Below the pieces are notes generated by a model that did not search any database, was not told where the DNA came from, and saw only the letters and a program-made list of their open reading frames with translations. Both the position numbers and the translations under genes were made by a program. Shown in pieces: positions 47,734 through 59,140 of a stretch of DNA of 64,000 bases. The stretch is from Candidatus Nanopelagicales bacterium (GTDB taxonomy: Bacteria; Actinomycetota; Actinomycetes; S36-B12; UBA5976), in the NCBI GenBank assembly GCA_049421205.1, contig JBMSMQ010000002.1, positions 68,430 through 132,429 on the forward strand, in the 5' to 3' direction. How positions within the stretch are numbered: the stretch's first letter is position 1; each line of letters opens with the position of its first letter.

Positions 47734-48462
47734 TTAGAAATCAAGTATAGAATCAAGGCCAACGTGTAAACCGGGATGCTTCGGTATTTCTCGAATTGCA
47801 CTCAAAACTCCTGGCATGTATGCCACACGATCCGTTGAATCATGTCGAAGCGTGAGAATTTCACCTGGATTTCCAAAAATCACTTCCTCGTGAGCGAAGA
47901 GTCCCGGTAGGCGAACTGAATGAATTGGAATTCCCCCAACATGTGATCCACGAGAATCTCTTGACCCTATGGTTGCATCAGGATTCACTTTGCCATCACG
48001 GTTAGACGCAATTTCATCCGCGGTATAGCGCGCTGTTTGGCTTGGTGCATCAATCTTCTTTTCATGGTGCATCTCGATGATTTCAACAGATTCAAAGTAG
48101 GGGGCAGCTCGCTTTGCCAATTTTGCAAGGAGAATTGCACCTATTGAAAAGTTGGGCACAATGAGAACGCCCACTTCTGGTTTCTCACCAATTTCTTCGG
48201 TGATTCGTGAAATTTTCTCTGAAGTGAAACCTGATGTACCTACAACAATATGTGTTTTTGACTTTATGGCATAAGTAATATGCTTCATCACAGCATCGGG
48301 CGTTGTGAAATCCACAATTACATCAATACTGTTGCCAATACTTTCAATCGTGTCGTCGATATCAATTGCTGCTGTTAATTCAAGGTCAGTACTTCGAGAG
48401 ATTGCTTCAGATACTGCAACACCCATTCTCCCTCTTGCCCCAAGGAGTGCAACTCTTATCAC
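47734..48462 (-). CDS. dapB: 4-hydroxy-tetrahydrodipicolinate reductase
   Basis: 242 aa. VALLGARGRMG, DFTTP, EMHHEKKIDAPSQTA. Confidence 0.93.
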   Translation of the reverse strand: MIRVALLGARGRMGVAVSEAISRSTDLELTAAIDIDDTIESIGNSIDVIVDFTTPDAVMKHITYAIKSKTHIVVGTSGFTSEKISRITEEIGEKPEVGVLIVPNFSIGAILLAKLAKRAAPYFESVEIIEMHHEKKIDAPSQTARYTADEIASNRDGKVNPDATIGSRDSRGSHVGGIPIHSVRLPGLFAHEEVIFGNPGEILTLRHDSTDRVAYMPGVLSAIREIPKHPGLHVGLDSILDF

Positions 48463-49820
48463 AATCGACCCTTTCCTTGTCGGAATTCTTGCACTGAAGA
48501 ATAGGGTCCAACAAGTGAAATCGCATATTTCTGATTAAAAATACGCCGTGCTAATTTTTCAACCTGGGCCGACGTCACTGAATCTATACGCCGTATCAGT
48601 TCATCTACTGATGGCAACTCGCCAGTGACTAACTCCGCTTTTGCGATTCTGTTCATCCTCGAAGAACTATCTTCCTGCCCGAGGACAAGTGAACCTTTGA
48701 GTTGCCCTTTTGATCGAAATAATTCTTCTTCGTTTGGTCCAGTACCCGAAAGTGAGTCAGTGACCTCACCAATAACTGCAAGCACCTCATCCACTTTTTG
48801 AGGTTGAAAGCCTGCATATATTCCAAGATATCCTGTATCACTTAAACTCTGAGTAAATGCATACGTTGTGTAGGCAAGTCCGCGAACCTCGCGAATCTCC
48901 TGAAACAGTCGAGATGACATGCCTCCGCCAAGGATGGTATTCAACACCCCAAGTTCATAGCGATGTTTATTTCCACGCTCGAATGCTGGGTAACCGATAA
49001 CGAGATGCGATTGTTCTGAATCTCGTTGTGTGATTTTCGTACTGTGGTGAATTTTCCCTGGAAACTTCACAGTTCGGGATTTCGCTGGTAAATCTCTACG
49101 GTGCAAGAGTCCCTGAAATCCCTTTTTTACTAACCGTACAAGCTCCTGATGTTCAACACCACCTGCGGCGGCAACAACAATATTCCGAGGCTTGTAATGA
49201 TGTTTGTAAAAATCCCGAACGAGGTCAGGTTTTGACTTTTTAATCGTACTTCGTGTACCGAGGATTGGTCGGGCTATGTCACCACTTCCATAGAGTGCTT
49301 GGACAAGCACTTCGTGTGCGACATCCGCATAGTCGTCATCCCGCATAGCAATTTCCTCAAGGATGACTTGCCGCTCCGCTTCGAAATCCTTTTTGTCAAT
49401 TGTTGAATTTACCAACATATCCGAGAGTGTTTCAATGGCAACCTGAAGATCTTGATCTAACACTCGGGAATAGAAACAGGTATATTCCTTAGCGGTGAAT
49501 GCATTCATCTCTCCACCAACACGATCGATGGCAGATGAAATCTCTAAAGCGGTTCTTGAACTGGTTCCTTTAAAAAGTAGATGCTCCAAAAAGTGGGCAG
49601 AGCCAGCTACTTTCGTTTCTTCATCTCGACTTCCAACATTCACCCACATTCCAACCGAAACAGAGCGCATAGCCGGAACATATTCAGAAATGATGCGTAG
49701 GCCACCTGGTAGCACTGTTCGTTTTGTTACAGCACCATCGGGTGACTTCTGCAAAATAATAGTCGAGCCAACTTTCTGGGTGCGTGCACTAGGTAGCGAC
49801 CAATCAGTTGGCTTCGACAT
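48459..49820 (-). CDS. M16 family zinc metallopeptidase (PepR-like)
   Basis: 453 aa. HFLEHLLFKGT is the inverted HxxEH zinc motif. Its position downstream of pnp matches mycobacterial pepR. Confidence 0.88.
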   Translation of the reverse strand: MSKPTDWSLPSARTQKVGSTIILQKSPDGAVTKRTVLPGGLRIISEYVPAMRSVSVGMWVNVGSRDEETKVAGSAHFLEHLLFKGTSSRTALEISSAIDRVGGEMNAFTAKEYTCFYSRVLDQDLQVAIETLSDMLVNSTIDKKDFEAERQVILEEIAMRDDDYADVAHEVLVQALYGSGDIARPILGTRSTIKKSKPDLVRDFYKHHYKPRNIVVAAAGGVEHQELVRLVKKGFQGLLHRRDLPAKSRTVKFPGKIHHSTKITQRDSEQSHLVIGYPAFERGNKHRYELGVLNTILGGGMSSRLFQEIREVRGLAYTTYAFTQSLSDTGYLGIYAGFQPQKVDEVLAVIGEVTDSLSGTGPNEEELFRSKGQLKGSLVLGQEDSSSRMNRIAKAELVTGELPSVDELIRRIDSVTSAQVEKLARRIFNQKYAISLVGPYSSVQEFRQGKGRL

Positions 49821-49822
49821 TT

Positions 49823-52006
49823 TTACGAATCTGAGGAATCTTCAACGACACTGAGTGAAATTTTGCCTCGATCGTCAATCTCTGCGACTTCAACAAAAAT
49901 CTTTTGTCCAACTTTCACAACATCGTCGACATTTTCAACACGCTTACCACCTGCAAGTTTGCGCAGTTGAGTAATATGCAAGAGGCCATCTTTGGTAGGT
50001 GTCAGTGACATGAATGCGCCAAAAGTTGCAGTTTTCACAACAGTTGCCATAAACCTCTCGCCCACTTCTGGAATGTGTGGATTGGCTATTGCATTAACTG
50101 CCTGCTTGGCTGCCTCTGCAGCAATTCCATCGCTTGCTCCAATGTAGACAGTTCCGTCATCTTCAATCGTCAGATCTGCTCCAGTGTCTTCCTGAATCTG
50201 GTTGATGTTCTTACCCTTAGGGCCAATCACTTCACCAATCTTGTCGATAGGAATCTTCACTGTGATGATGCGAGGAGCATTAGCAGACATTTCAGCAGGT
50301 GCAGAAATCGCTTTTGCCATTGCGTCAAGAATGGTAAGTCTCGCTTCTTTTGCCTGGGTAAGAGCACCAGCGAGTACTTCTGCCGGGATACCATCTAGTT
50401 TTGTATCAAGTTGCAGTGCAGTAATAAATTCACTTGTACCTGCGACTTTGAAGTCCATATCACCAAAGGCGTCCTCTGCTCCAAGAATGTCGGTGAGAGC
50501 TACGAACTCTTGTTTACCATCAATAACATCTGAAACGAGTCCCATCGCGATACCTGCAACGGGGGCCTTCAATGGGACACCTGCACTCAAAAGTGACATC
50601 GTTGATGCACACACTGAACCCATGGACGTTGAACCGTTGGAACCAAGTGCTTCAGAAACTTGACGAATAGCATATGGAAATTCCTCACGAGTTGGTAACA
50701 CTGGCACAAGTGCACGTTCAGCAAGAGCACCATGTCCGATTTCGCGTCGTTTTGGTGTTCCAACTCGTCCGGTCTCTCCAGTTGAATATGGAGGGAAGTT
50801 GTAATTATGCATATAGCGCTTGTGCGTTTCTGGTGACAAAGTGTCGAGTTGCATTTCCATCTTCAACATATTGAGGGTTGTCACACCAAGAATCTGTGTT
50901 TCACCACGTTCAAAGAGTGCAGAACCATGAACTCGAGGAATCACATTCACTTCAGTAGTAAGTGGTCGAATATCGCGAATCCCACGACCATCAATTCGAA
51001 CTTTATCTTTGAGGATTCGTGTACGAACGATTTTCTTCGTTAATGACCGAAGTGCGGCAGCAATTTCTTTTTCTCTATCGACGAACTTATCAGCCAATTG
51101 ATCGATAATTTCATCAGAGATTCGATCCAATTCATTTTCGCGCTCTGCTTTTGAAACAATACTCATAGCTTTTGCGATTGAATCAGTTGCTATTGCTTCA
51201 ACAGCCTTATAAGCGTCCTCTTGATAATCAAGAAAAACTGGAAATTCCGCAACTTCTTTACCTGCTTCATCTGCGAGTCTTTGTTGAGCCTCGCACAGTG
51301 TTCGAATAAAGCCCTTCGCAGCATCGAGTCCTGCGGCAACAACATCTTCAGTCGGTGCAGTTGCACCAGACTTCACGAGCTTGACAGTTGCTGAAGTTGC
51401 TTCAGCTTCCACCATCATAATTGCGACATCTTCATCAACAATACGACCAGCTACCACCATATCGAAAACTGCAGACTCCAACTGCTCATGTGTTGGGAAT
51501 GCAACCCAGGTGCCATCAATGAGTGCAACTCGAACACCACCGATTGGTCCTGAAAATGGAAGTCCTGCAAGTTGCGTCGACATCGAGGCCGCGTTTATCG
51601 CAATAACATCGTAGAGATGCTGAGGGTGAAGACTCATCACGGTGACAACAACTTGCACCTCATTACGAAGTCCCTTTACGAAAGCAGGACGAAGTGGACG
51701 GTCGATCAGACGGCAGGTGAGAATCGCTTCTTCAGTAGGGCGACCTTCTCTTCGAAAAAATGAGCCAGGGATTCGCCCCACGGAATACATTCTTTCTTCG
51801 ACATCAACTGTCAATGGGAAAAAGTCGAACTGATCACGCGGTGATCCAGAGGCAGTTGTTGCTGAGAGCAACATTGTTTCTTCATCGAGATATGCGACAG
51901 CCGAACCTGCAGCTTGACGAGCAAACTTCCCAGTTTCGAATGTGACTACTCGCTTACCAAATTTTCCGTTATCTATAACGGCATCTTGTGAATAAATACC
52001 CGACAC
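49823..52006 (-). CDS. pnp: Polyribonucleotide nucleotidyltransferase (PNPase)
   Basis: The track starts at TTG 52012, but that codon sits 1 nt after AAGGAG. The in-frame GTG at 52006 has 7-nt spacing, so I prefer it. [29 protein letters not shown], with KH and S1 domains at the C-terminus. Confidence 0.95.
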   Translation of the reverse strand: MSGIYSQDAVIDNGKFGKRVVTFETGKFARQAAGSAVAYLDEETMLLSATTASGSPRDQFDFFPLTVDVEERMYSVGRIPGSFFRREGRPTEEAILTCRLIDRPLRPAFVKGLRNEVQVVVTVMSLHPQHLYDVIAINAASMSTQLAGLPFSGPIGGVRVALIDGTWVAFPTHEQLESAVFDMVVAGRIVDEDVAIMMVEAEATSATVKLVKSGATAPTEDVVAAGLDAAKGFIRTLCEAQQRLADEAGKEVAEFPVFLDYQEDAYKAVEAIATDSIAKAMSIVSKAERENELDRISDEIIDQLADKFVDREKEIAAALRSLTKKIVRTRILKDKVRIDGRGIRDIRPLTTEVNVIPRVHGSALFERGETQILGVTTLNMLKMEMQLDTLSPETHKRYMHNYNFPPYSTGETGRVGTPKRREIGHGALAERALVPVLPTREEFPYAIRQVSEALGSNGSTSMGSVCASTMSLLSAGVPLKAPVAGIAMGLVSDVIDGKQEFVALTDILGAEDAFGDMDFKVAGTSEFITALQLDTKLDGIPAEVLAGALTQAKEARLTILDAMAKAISAPAEMSANAPRIITVKIPIDKIGEVIGPKGKNINQIQEDTGADLTIEDDGTVYIGASDGIAAEAAKQAVNAIANPHIPEVGERFMATVVKTATFGAFMSLTPTKDGLLHITQLRKLAGGKRVENVDDVVKVGQKIFVEVAEIDDRGKISLSVVEDSSDS

Positions 52007-52129
52007 GGGCAAACTCCTTTACTTGTGCGGAGTTTGCTGCCGATCATCGATCGAAGCACGCCAACATTTTGGAATGCCACTACCGAAGACCGACCAACTC
52101 CGCGGCCTATTGTTTTGGCGTTGTATCCG

Positions 52130-52408
52130 CTAGCGGCGAATGCCCAATTTCTCAATCAAAACGCGGTAACGATTGATATCGATTTTCTGAAGGTATTGAA
52201 GCAGCCGACGTCGACGTCCTACCATCAAAAGCAATCCGCGACGACCGTGGTGGTCATGTTGGTGAGTCTTAAGATGCTCAGTCAAATGATTGATGCGACT
52301 TGTAAGAACTGCTACTTGAACCTCTGGGCTACCAGTGTCGCCTTCAAAACGGGCGTACTCTGCCATGAGAGATTTCTTGTCTAAGTTATCTGGCGATGAC
52401 TTTGCCAT
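52130..52408 (-). CDS. rpsO: 30S ribosomal protein S15
   Basis: Trimmed to ATG 52408 (RBS GAGGAGATACGC). [38 protein letters not shown]. Confidence 0.96.
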   Translation of the reverse strand: MAKSSPDNLDKKSLMAEYARFEGDTGSPEVQVAVLTSRINHLTEHLKTHQHDHHGRRGLLLMVGRRRRLLQYLQKIDINRYRVLIEKLGIRR

Positions 52409-52505
52409 GCGTATCTCCTCGAACGCGTTCGGTCTCAATTTCCAGGCGTTCGACCAGAGAATCGACAAGTTCAATGAACAGGCTAAGCGTAATCTGCCGG
52501 GTGAC

Positions 52506-53384
52506 TTATCCCAAATTGAGGGCTTTTTTCACGCTCAAAACGTCATTTTCGATAGCACTGATCAGAGCGTCGGTGCCACTAAATGTCAACATTCCTCGGA
52601 TGAATGAATGAAACTCTACTTCCACACTCTTGCCATAAAGGTCAATCCATGTATCCGTCAGAACGTACACTTCAAGAGTTCTCTTCTGCGCGTCAAACGT
52701 CGAGTTGAATCCAATTGAGATGGCGGCCGGCATCTTGATGTCATCAAAATTCAAATATCCCGCATACACTCCATCTTTAGGTAATGCGAGTTCACTCTTG
52801 TAGTTCACATTTGCAGTTGGATATCCCAATTCGCGACCCCGTTGAAAACCTTCGACAACTTCACCGTCGATAACAAAAGGTCTACCGAGAAGTTCCGCAA
52901 CCTGATACATATCCCCAGCGTTCAAAAGAGTTCGGATACGGGTTGAGGACACTCTCTCGCCGCCGCGATGAGTATGTGCTACCTCAACAACATCAATGTT
53001 GTGATTTCGAATTGTATCTGCGGTGCCCGCTGCTTTGTAACCAAAACGAAATCCTTCGCCAATCACAACGACACTTGCATTTAATGTTGAAAGCAAGAAG
53101 GATTCAACAAAATCATCAGCGCTTTGCTTCGAGCGTTCTAAAGTAAATTCCCAAACGACAACATCATCAGCCCCATACGAACGAAGTAAGTGAGTACGCG
53201 TATCCAGCGATGACACAAGTGGAATCTCTTGATTTCGAACAACACTCATTGGATGTGGATGAAATGTGAGAGCTACTAAAGGTAGGGATTTCTGATCTGC
53301 AATTTCTTTCGCACGACGAATGAGATCTTGATGTCCAACGTGAACTCCGTCAAAAACTCCGATAGCAACAATGTGTTTACTCAT
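52506..53384 (-). CDS. ribF: Bifunctional riboflavin kinase / FMN adenylyltransferase
   Basis: 292 aa. [12 protein letters not shown], with PTANV in the kinase half. Confidence 0.92.
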   Translation of the reverse strand: MSKHIVAIGVFDGVHVGHQDLIRRAKEIADQKSLPLVALTFHPHPMSVVRNQEIPLVSSLDTRTHLLRSYGADDVVVWEFTLERSKQSADDFVESFLLSTLNASVVVIGEGFRFGYKAAGTADTIRNHNIDVVEVAHTHRGGERVSSTRIRTLLNAGDMYQVAELLGRPFVIDGEVVEGFQRGRELGYPTANVNYKSELALPKDGVYAGYLNFDDIKMPAAISIGFNSTFDAQKRTLEVYVLTDTWIDLYGKSVEVEFHSFIRGMLTFSGTDALISAIENDVLSVKKALNLG

Positions 53385-54235
53385 TGCTCAATTAGCACCA
53401 CCTTATAGGTAATTATGCCTTGAGTATTTTCAATAACTGCAACAACCTCTTCGTCAAAAAGTAGTGCGCTTAATCCCTCTGGGCACTCAAAAGATAATGG
53501 CTTTCCGTGCTTTACATCTTCATAGAGAGGTTTTTGAATTGTATGAAGATTCATAATTAGGCGGCAGACTTCCTTTATGGGAACGATCTTTAATGATTCA
53601 ACTGTTGATGCATTATCAACTGAAAATTCACCTATCAAAGTGCGACGTAACGAAATGAGATGTCCCCCAACCCCAAGTTCGTTTCCGATGTCTCGCGCGA
53701 TTGCTCGGACGTATGTCCCACTTGAGCACCGCACGTCAAAATCAACATCAATCGTGCTCGATGAAAAGTGAGTAACGATATTTTCTATTGAATAAATGGA
53801 AATTTCCTTCGGTTGAAGCACAACATCTTCACCATTTCGAGCACGTTCATAGGCTTTTACTCCCCCAACTTTTTTTGCCGAGAATGAGCTTGGTGTCTGC
53901 ATTCTTACACCAACATGACCTAAAAGAGCGGAACGTATATTCTCCTCGTCTAAAAGCGCAATGGGATTTTGTTCGACAATCTCACCAGTCAAGTCATCTG
54001 TATTTGTTGCTTCTCCAAGCCGCATGGTGGCTCTATATGACTTATCAAGATTTAAGAGAAATCCGAGTAGTCGAGTTGCCTTGTTGATTCCAAGTATGAG
54101 CAATCCCGTCGCGAATGGATCGAGGGTGCCAGCATGTCCAACTTTTTTGGTACCAGTAAGGCGTCTCGCTTGATTCACAACATCGTGAGAAGTGAGTCCG
54201 CTTGGTTTATCAATGAAGGCAAATCCGCTTTTCAT
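53381..54235 (-). CDS. truB: tRNA pseudouridine(55) synthase
   Basis: 284 aa. KVGHAGTLDPFATGLL contains the catalytic Asp. Confidence 0.93.
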   Translation of the reverse strand: MKSGFAFIDKPSGLTSHDVVNQARRLTGTKKVGHAGTLDPFATGLLILGINKATRLLGFLLNLDKSYRATMRLGEATNTDDLTGEIVEQNPIALLDEENIRSALLGHVGVRMQTPSSFSAKKVGGVKAYERARNGEDVVLQPKEISIYSIENIVTHFSSSTIDVDFDVRCSSGTYVRAIARDIGNELGVGGHLISLRRTLIGEFSVDNASTVESLKIVPIKEVCRLIMNLHTIQKPLYEDVKHGKPLSFECPEGLSALLFDEEVVAVIENTQGIITYKVVLIEQ

Positions 54236-54651
54236 AACTCTTTCTTATAGGGATTTTCTTCACCAGCAGGTTGAGCAGTCTTCCTGAGTGATTCAATTTC
54301 TTCATCGCGTTTTTGCGCTGCAGAGAGTAACTCTTCAAGATGTGCACTTGTTTCTGGTAGAGCGTCGAGAATAAACGTGATACTCGGAGTGTGCTTCATC
54401 CCAAGCCGTTTGCCAACTTCGGTTCGAATACTTCCCTTGGCCGCTGTCAAAGCATCAAGTGAGTCTTTACGAGATTGTTCATCACCGTAGACTGTGAAAA
54501 ACAAGGTTGCATCACGAAAATCTGCAGTAAGCCTGCAGGCAGTGATGGTGACGAATCCAATTCTTGGATCTTTTACTCGCATCTCAACTGCTTCAGCTAC
54601 GATTTCACGAATTCGCTCGGCAACTTGTCGAACTCTTGCATTGTCGCTCAT
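54232..54651 (-). CDS. rbfA: Ribosome-binding factor A
   Basis: Trimmed to ATG 54651, just after the infB stop. RVRQVAERIREIVAEAV...KDPRIGFVTIT. Confidence 0.9.
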   Translation of the reverse strand: MSDNARVRQVAERIREIVAEAVEMRVKDPRIGFVTITACRLTADFRDATLFFTVYGDEQSRKDSLDALTAAKGSIRTEVGKRLGMKHTPSITFILDALPETSAHLEELLSAAQKRDEEIESLRKTAQPAGEENPYKKEL

Positions 54652-54658
54652 ATCTACC

Positions 54659-57229
54659 TTAGCTACGTGGCTTTTCCTTGAGTTCCCAAGTTTCAATGAC
54701 ATCGCCGACCTTGATGTCATTAAAACTGCCTAGCCCGATACCGCATTCAAATCCGTCACGGACTTCGGTTGCGTCATCTTTAAATCGTCGCAAAGAATCG
54801 ATTGACAGGTTATCCGCAACTACGACTGAATCACGCAGTAGTCGAGCCTTGGTATTGCGTTTGATAATTCCATCTTTCACAATACAACCAGCAATTGTTC
54901 CAACCTTTGAAGATTTGAATACTTCTCGAACTTCGGCAGTACCGAGTTGCACCTCAATAAATTCTGGTTTGAGCATACCTTTGAGTGCTTTTTCAATTTC
55001 TTCAATTGCTCCGTAGATGACAGAGTAGTATCGGATTTCTACACCTTCACGATCGGCAAGATCTCGAACCTGACCTTCTGGACGAACGTTGAAGCCAATC
55101 ACAATCGCATCTGATGCAGCAGCGAGCGTGACATCGCTTTGATTAATTGCACCAACACCACGGTGAATAACCCGCAATGCAACGTCTTCATTGCCCACCT
55201 CAATCTTGAGTAAGGCATCTTCGAGTGCTTCAACAGAACCCGAAACATCACCTTTCAAGATGAGTTTGAGTTCTTCTACTTGACCCTTCTCAACCGATGC
55301 CAAGAAATCTTCAAGTGTTCTGCGTGCTCGACGTTTTGCAAGCTGTGCATTTCGCTCGCGTGCGGCACGTGTTTGTGCGATTTGCCGTGCAATACGGTCC
55401 TCTTCAACAGCAAGGAATGTATCGCCCGCGCCCGGGACAGACGTGAGCCCAAGCACCTGGACTGCTCTGGAAGGTCCAGCAATTTCGAGAGCGTCACCAT
55501 TTTCATCAAGCATTGCTCGAACGCGACCGAATGCTTCTCCGGCAACAATTGAATCGCCTGGTCGAAGTGTTCCGCGTTGCACGAGCACAGTTGCTACAGG
55601 GCCACGACCCTTATCAAGGTGTGCTTCGATAGCAACACCCTGTGCCATCTGATTTGGATTTGCTCGCAAATCTATTGCTGCATCAGCAGTTAGCAAAATT
55701 GCATCCAAGAGTTCAGGCAACCCTTGGTTTCGAAGTGCTGAAATATCTACGAACATAACATCGCCACCGAATTCTTCAGCAACTAATCCGTATTCAGTTA
55801 ATTGCGTACGGACTCGCATTGGATCTGCACCGTCTTTATCCACTTTGTTGACAGCGACCACAATTGGAACGTCTGCTGCTTGAGCGTGATTTAGCGCTTC
55901 AATTGTTTGTGGCTTTACACCATCATCAGCAGCGACAACAAGAACCGCAATATCTGTGACTTTCGCTCCACGTGCACGCATCGCCGTAAACGCTTCGTGA
56001 CCAGGGGTATCAATAAACGTAATTGCTCTCTCGATACCTTCATGCGTAGTTATTACCTGATAAGCACCAATGTGCTGCGTAATTCCGCCCGCTTCACCTG
56101 CAATCACATTGGTGTTGCGAATTGCATCAAGAAGTTTCGTCTTTCCGTGGTCAACGTGACCCATAACCGTAACAACTGGAGGTCTCGCTTCGAGATCACC
56201 TTCGTCTTCTTCTCCGCCAAACTCAACGTCAAATGATTCAAGCAATTCTCGATCTTCATCTTCCGGAGACACCACTTCAATTACATACTGCAATTCACTA
56301 CCGAGTAGCTGCAATGTGTCATCGTCAACAGATTGAGTGGCGTTCACCATTTCACCCATCTTGAAAAGTATCGTGACGAGTGCGGCTGGATTTGCGCCAA
56401 TTTTTTCAGCGAAGTCAGTTAACGAAGCACCGCGAGGTAACCGAAGGGTTGCACCTTGTCCAAGCGGCACTTGCACTCCACCCAATACTGGTGCTACCAA
56501 ATTATCAAACTCTTGTCGTTTTGTTCGTTTTGATTTCTTTGCCTTACCGCCAGGTTTGCCACGACCAAATGCACCTGCTGCGTTTCCTCGACCACCCGTC
56601 GCTCCACGCGGTGGCATGGATGTTGGAAATGCTGGCTTACCTCCAGGTTGTCCACCTGGTTTGCCGCCAGTACGAGCAGGTCTATCTGTTCGAGGTGCAC
56701 CAGTTCGAGGCTTATCAGTCCTCGTATCTGGGCGGGCACCACGCGGGCGTGGTGGCATATCTTTTGGTTGGCTGAACGGATTATTTCCTGCACGCGGCGT
56801 TCGGGTTTGCGGATCAGCAAATGGATTATTTCCACGGCGCGCAGGACGAGGTGGCATGGCACCAGGAGTTGGAGCTGAACCGGAAGTTGGGCGTGGTCCA
56901 GGAGTTGGAGTGCCAGTTGGGCGTGGTCCAGGAGTTGGTCTCCGAGCGGGACCTGGCTTTGTTGCTGGAGGTTGCTCGATAGTTTCCGCAGTTTCTACGG
57001 GTTCTTCAGTTGGTTTTGAAACTTCTTTTTTCTTTGGAGAGGTTTTTACTTCAGCCGTTTCAGTTTTCGGTTGAGCTGGCATCGCCTCGCGCAATTTCCT
57101 CGCAACGGGGGCTTCGACTGAAGAGGATGCACCTTTAACGAACTCGCCAAGTTCAGCAAGTTTTGCAACAATAACTTTGCTATCTACGCCAAGTTCTTTG
57201 GCTAGTTCATAAATTCGGACCTTCGACAC
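54659..57229 (-). CDS. infB: Translation initiation factor IF-2
   Basis: 856 aa with a GTG start. [14 protein letters not shown], a Pro/Gly/Arg-rich linker, and G1 motif [16 protein letters not shown]. Confidence 0.97.
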   Translation of the reverse strand: MSKVRIYELAKELGVDSKVIVAKLAELGEFVKGASSSVEAPVARKLREAMPAQPKTETAEVKTSPKKKEVSKPTEEPVETAETIEQPPATKPGPARRPTPGPRPTGTPTPGPRPTSGSAPTPGAMPPRPARRGNNPFADPQTRTPRAGNNPFSQPKDMPPRPRGARPDTRTDKPRTGAPRTDRPARTGGKPGGQPGGKPAFPTSMPPRGATGGRGNAAGAFGRGKPGGKAKKSKRTKRQEFDNLVAPVLGGVQVPLGQGATLRLPRGASLTDFAEKIGANPAALVTILFKMGEMVNATQSVDDDTLQLLGSELQYVIEVVSPEDEDRELLESFDVEFGGEEDEGDLEARPPVVTVMGHVDHGKTKLLDAIRNTNVIAGEAGGITQHIGAYQVITTHEGIERAITFIDTPGHEAFTAMRARGAKVTDIAVLVVAADDGVKPQTIEALNHAQAADVPIVVAVNKVDKDGADPMRVRTQLTEYGLVAEEFGGDVMFVDISALRNQGLPELLDAILLTADAAIDLRANPNQMAQGVAIEAHLDKGRGPVATVLVQRGTLRPGDSIVAGEAFGRVRAMLDENGDALEIAGPSRAVQVLGLTSVPGAGDTFLAVEEDRIARQIAQTRAARERNAQLAKRRARRTLEDFLASVEKGQVEELKLILKGDVSGSVEALEDALLKIEVGNEDVALRVIHRGVGAINQSDVTLAAASDAIVIGFNVRPEGQVRDLADREGVEIRYYSVIYGAIEEIEKALKGMLKPEFIEVQLGTAEVREVFKSSKVGTIAGCIVKDGIIKRNTKARLLRDSVVVADNLSIDSLRRFKDDATEVRDGFECGIGLGSFNDIKVGDVIETWELKEKPRS
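56885..56938. repeat. In-frame 30-bp tandem duplication inside the infB low-complexity linker
   Basis: AGTTGGGCGTGGTCCAGGAGTTGG occurs at 56885-56908 and again at 56915-56938. It encodes the PTPGPRPT(G/S) decapeptide repeat. Confidence 0.85.
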
Positions 57230-57336
57230 TTTGCTTCCTTGTTCGGCCCGAAATCAAGGTTTAGAAGTCGGGCGCTGCTTTCAGCACGATCTGTGTGACC
57301 GTGCTCATCGGGTACTCATCTGCTCTTCATTTCCGT

Positions 57337-57603
57337 CTACGCTCCTTGCGCGTGAAGAATCCGATTTAGCTCTATTTCTGAGGTGTCGATTGAACCTCGA
57401 AAAGCTCTGGTAAATGCACTTCTGCGAAGTGCAGTCTGCCAGCAAGGCTCCAGTGGGTGAAGGTATGCACCTCGACCTACTTTTGACTCCCCCAACTCGA
57501 GCTTCCCAGCGGTTGCCGAGAATCGGATGAGTTCGTTTTGCGCCGCCCGCTCACCACAGCCGACGCAGGTGCGCAGCGGGATATGCGAGTAACTACGAGC
57601 CAA
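57337..57603 (-). CDS. ylxR: YlxR/DUF448 family RNA-binding protein
   Basis: 88 aa. PLRTCVGCGER...GRGAYLHP, located between nusA and infB. Confidence 0.88.
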   Translation of the reverse strand: MARSYSHIPLRTCVGCGERAAQNELIRFSATAGKLELGESKVGRGAYLHPLEPCWQTALRRSAFTRAFRGSIDTSEIELNRILHAQGA

Positions 57604-57605
57604 TG

Positions 57606-58658
57606 CTACCCCTCTTCCGACAGAGTTGTTACCGTCTCGTGAAAAAGAGGGTCAGTATCGGGTCTAATATCGATTTTCCAGCCTGTTAAACGCGCAGCAA
57701 GTCGGGCGTTTTGTCCATCTTTGCCAATGGCAAGAGACAATTGATAATCCGGTACAAAGGCTCGAGCCACCTTGCCGTGAAGGTCTAAAACATCCACTTT
57801 GATGACCCTGGCTGGCGATAACGCATTCCCTACAAAAACATCTGGGTCTTCGCTGAAATCCACAATATCAATCTTTTCACCAAGTTCTGAAACCACATTG
57901 CTCACCCGTGAACCCATTGGTCCAATACAACTTCCTTTTGCCGCGACGGCAGCATCATTGCTGAGCACAGCTATTTTGGTTCTTGCGCCCGCTTCACGTG
58001 CAACTTCTTTTATCTCAACTATGCCTTTCGCTATTTCTGGTACTTCAAGTTTGAAAAGTTCACGGACTAATCCTGGATGCGTTCGCGAAACGATTGCTTG
58101 GAGTCCATTCGACATTTGACGGATTGTTACGAGAAAAACTTTAATCCGTTTTCCGTGTTCATAGTTCTCACCTGGCACTTGTTCCGCTGGAGGAAGTTGT
58201 GCTTCTATTGGACCAAGATCGACCTGAACGACATTCTTATCTAGTCCTTGTTGAATGACCCCGCTCACCATAGTGCCAATTCTCGATTCCAATTCGGCAA
58301 AGGTTGAGATATCTTTGAGCTGTCGGAAACCTGCAAGTGCAACGCTACGTGCGGCAGCAGTCATTACTCTGTCAAAACCATCAGGCGTATCACTTTCATT
58401 TATTTGTTCACCTTGTTCATTCATATAAATTCGGCGAATCTCCACGTCCCCAGTCTCGATATCGAGTTTGACATCAATGGTTTCTTTTGGGGTACGGTAC
58501 GGAATTGAAAGTTCAGGCTTCTCGAACTGTTCAATGAGATGACGATGACGAAGATAAGCGAGTAAAACTGCTTCTTTCACAGTTCGCTCAAATGTGCTCA
58601 ATTCTAAATTTAGTTGCTGTGCAACTGTGAGGAGTTCATGGATATTAATCTTCATCAT
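57606..58658 (-). CDS. nusA: Transcription termination/antitermination factor NusA
   Basis: Trimmed to ATG 58658/58655 (MMKINIHEL...), overlapping the rimP end. S1 and two KH domains ([34 protein letters not shown]). Confidence 0.94.
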   Translation of the reverse strand: MMKINIHELLTVAQQLNLELSTFERTVKEAVLLAYLRHRHLIEQFEKPELSIPYRTPKETIDVKLDIETGDVEIRRIYMNEQGEQINESDTPDGFDRVMTAAARSVALAGFRQLKDISTFAELESRIGTMVSGVIQQGLDKNVVQVDLGPIEAQLPPAEQVPGENYEHGKRIKVFLVTIRQMSNGLQAIVSRTHPGLVRELFKLEVPEIAKGIVEIKEVAREAGARTKIAVLSNDAAVAAKGSCIGPMGSRVSNVVSELGEKIDIVDFSEDPDVFVGNALSPARVIKVDVLDLHGKVARAFVPDYQLSLAIGKDGQNARLAARLTGWKIDIRPDTDPLFHETVTTLSEEG

Positions 58659-59103
58659 GAGACTTTCGATTGAACTCAATTTGAACAAATGCACTCTCAA
58701 TGTCGCTGTATTGCAGAACTTCACCATCTGAAGACATAAGAGAATCGTCATTTGCACTTTGGATGCGAAGTGTTTGCTCAGTACCAGATATCAATTTGAT
58801 TCTAACTAATCGTCCAATATTCAATATAAAGTGATGTGGTCTAACGAGTGGCGCTTCCACCCCTCTTGAAGTAACTTCGAGCGTGTAGGAAGCTTCTTTG
58901 ACGATGTCTGCAACTTCTAATAATCCATCAATCACTCTGCTTGCACGTGCTATCTCATCAAGGGTGAGCTGTTCGAAGGAATCAATGGCAACTGTCAGCA
59001 ATGTTCGCTTGCCCGCTTTTTGCGCTTGGACTGAGTCAATAAAGAAAGTCTCGAGAGAAAGTGCTCCATCTAAATAGTCACGCACGACATTTGCATCAAC
59101 CAT
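58645..59103 (-). CDS. rimP: Ribosome maturation factor RimP
   Basis: 152 aa, in the canonical position upstream of nusA. LEVTSRGVEAPL. Confidence 0.88.
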   Translation of the reverse strand: MVDANVVRDYLDGALSLETFFIDSVQAQKAGKRTLLTVAIDSFEQLTLDEIARASRVIDGLLEVADIVKEASYTLEVTSRGVEAPLVRPHHFILNIGRLVRIKLISGTEQTLRIQSANDDSLMSSDGEVLQYSDIESAFVQIEFNRKSHDED

Positions 59104-59140
59104 AGCGCACCTTTTTCAGTTTTGAGGTGCGGAGTTTAGA

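Noticed and set aside
52420-52431. CGAACGCGTTCG as a fifth LexA box
   Set aside because: The half-sites GAAC/GTTC are separated by 2 nt, not 4. The gene context (rpsO leader) does not fit the SOS regulon, so I treated it as a possible RNA element instead.
56337-57074. 245-aa plus-strand ORF (and 131/122-aa neighbours) rich in G/P/R/A
   Set aside because: It lies antisense to the Pro/Gly/Arg-rich linker of infB. Low-complexity GC-rich coding sequence keeps the opposite frames open. It has no RBS or independent motif.
57230-57336. 107-nt ylxR-infB spacer as a possible missing L7Ae-like (ylxQ) gene or ncRNA
   Set aside because: It contains only a 4-codon ORF. There are just two weak 6-bp stems (AGCACG/CGTGCT and GCCCGA/TCGGGC), which is not enough to call a feature.
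59104-59140. CGCACC/GGTGCG 6-bp stem between the TauE-like gene and rimP
   Set aside because: The stem is short with a 14-nt loop and has no U-run. It may partly mask the rimP RBS, but the evidence is too thin.
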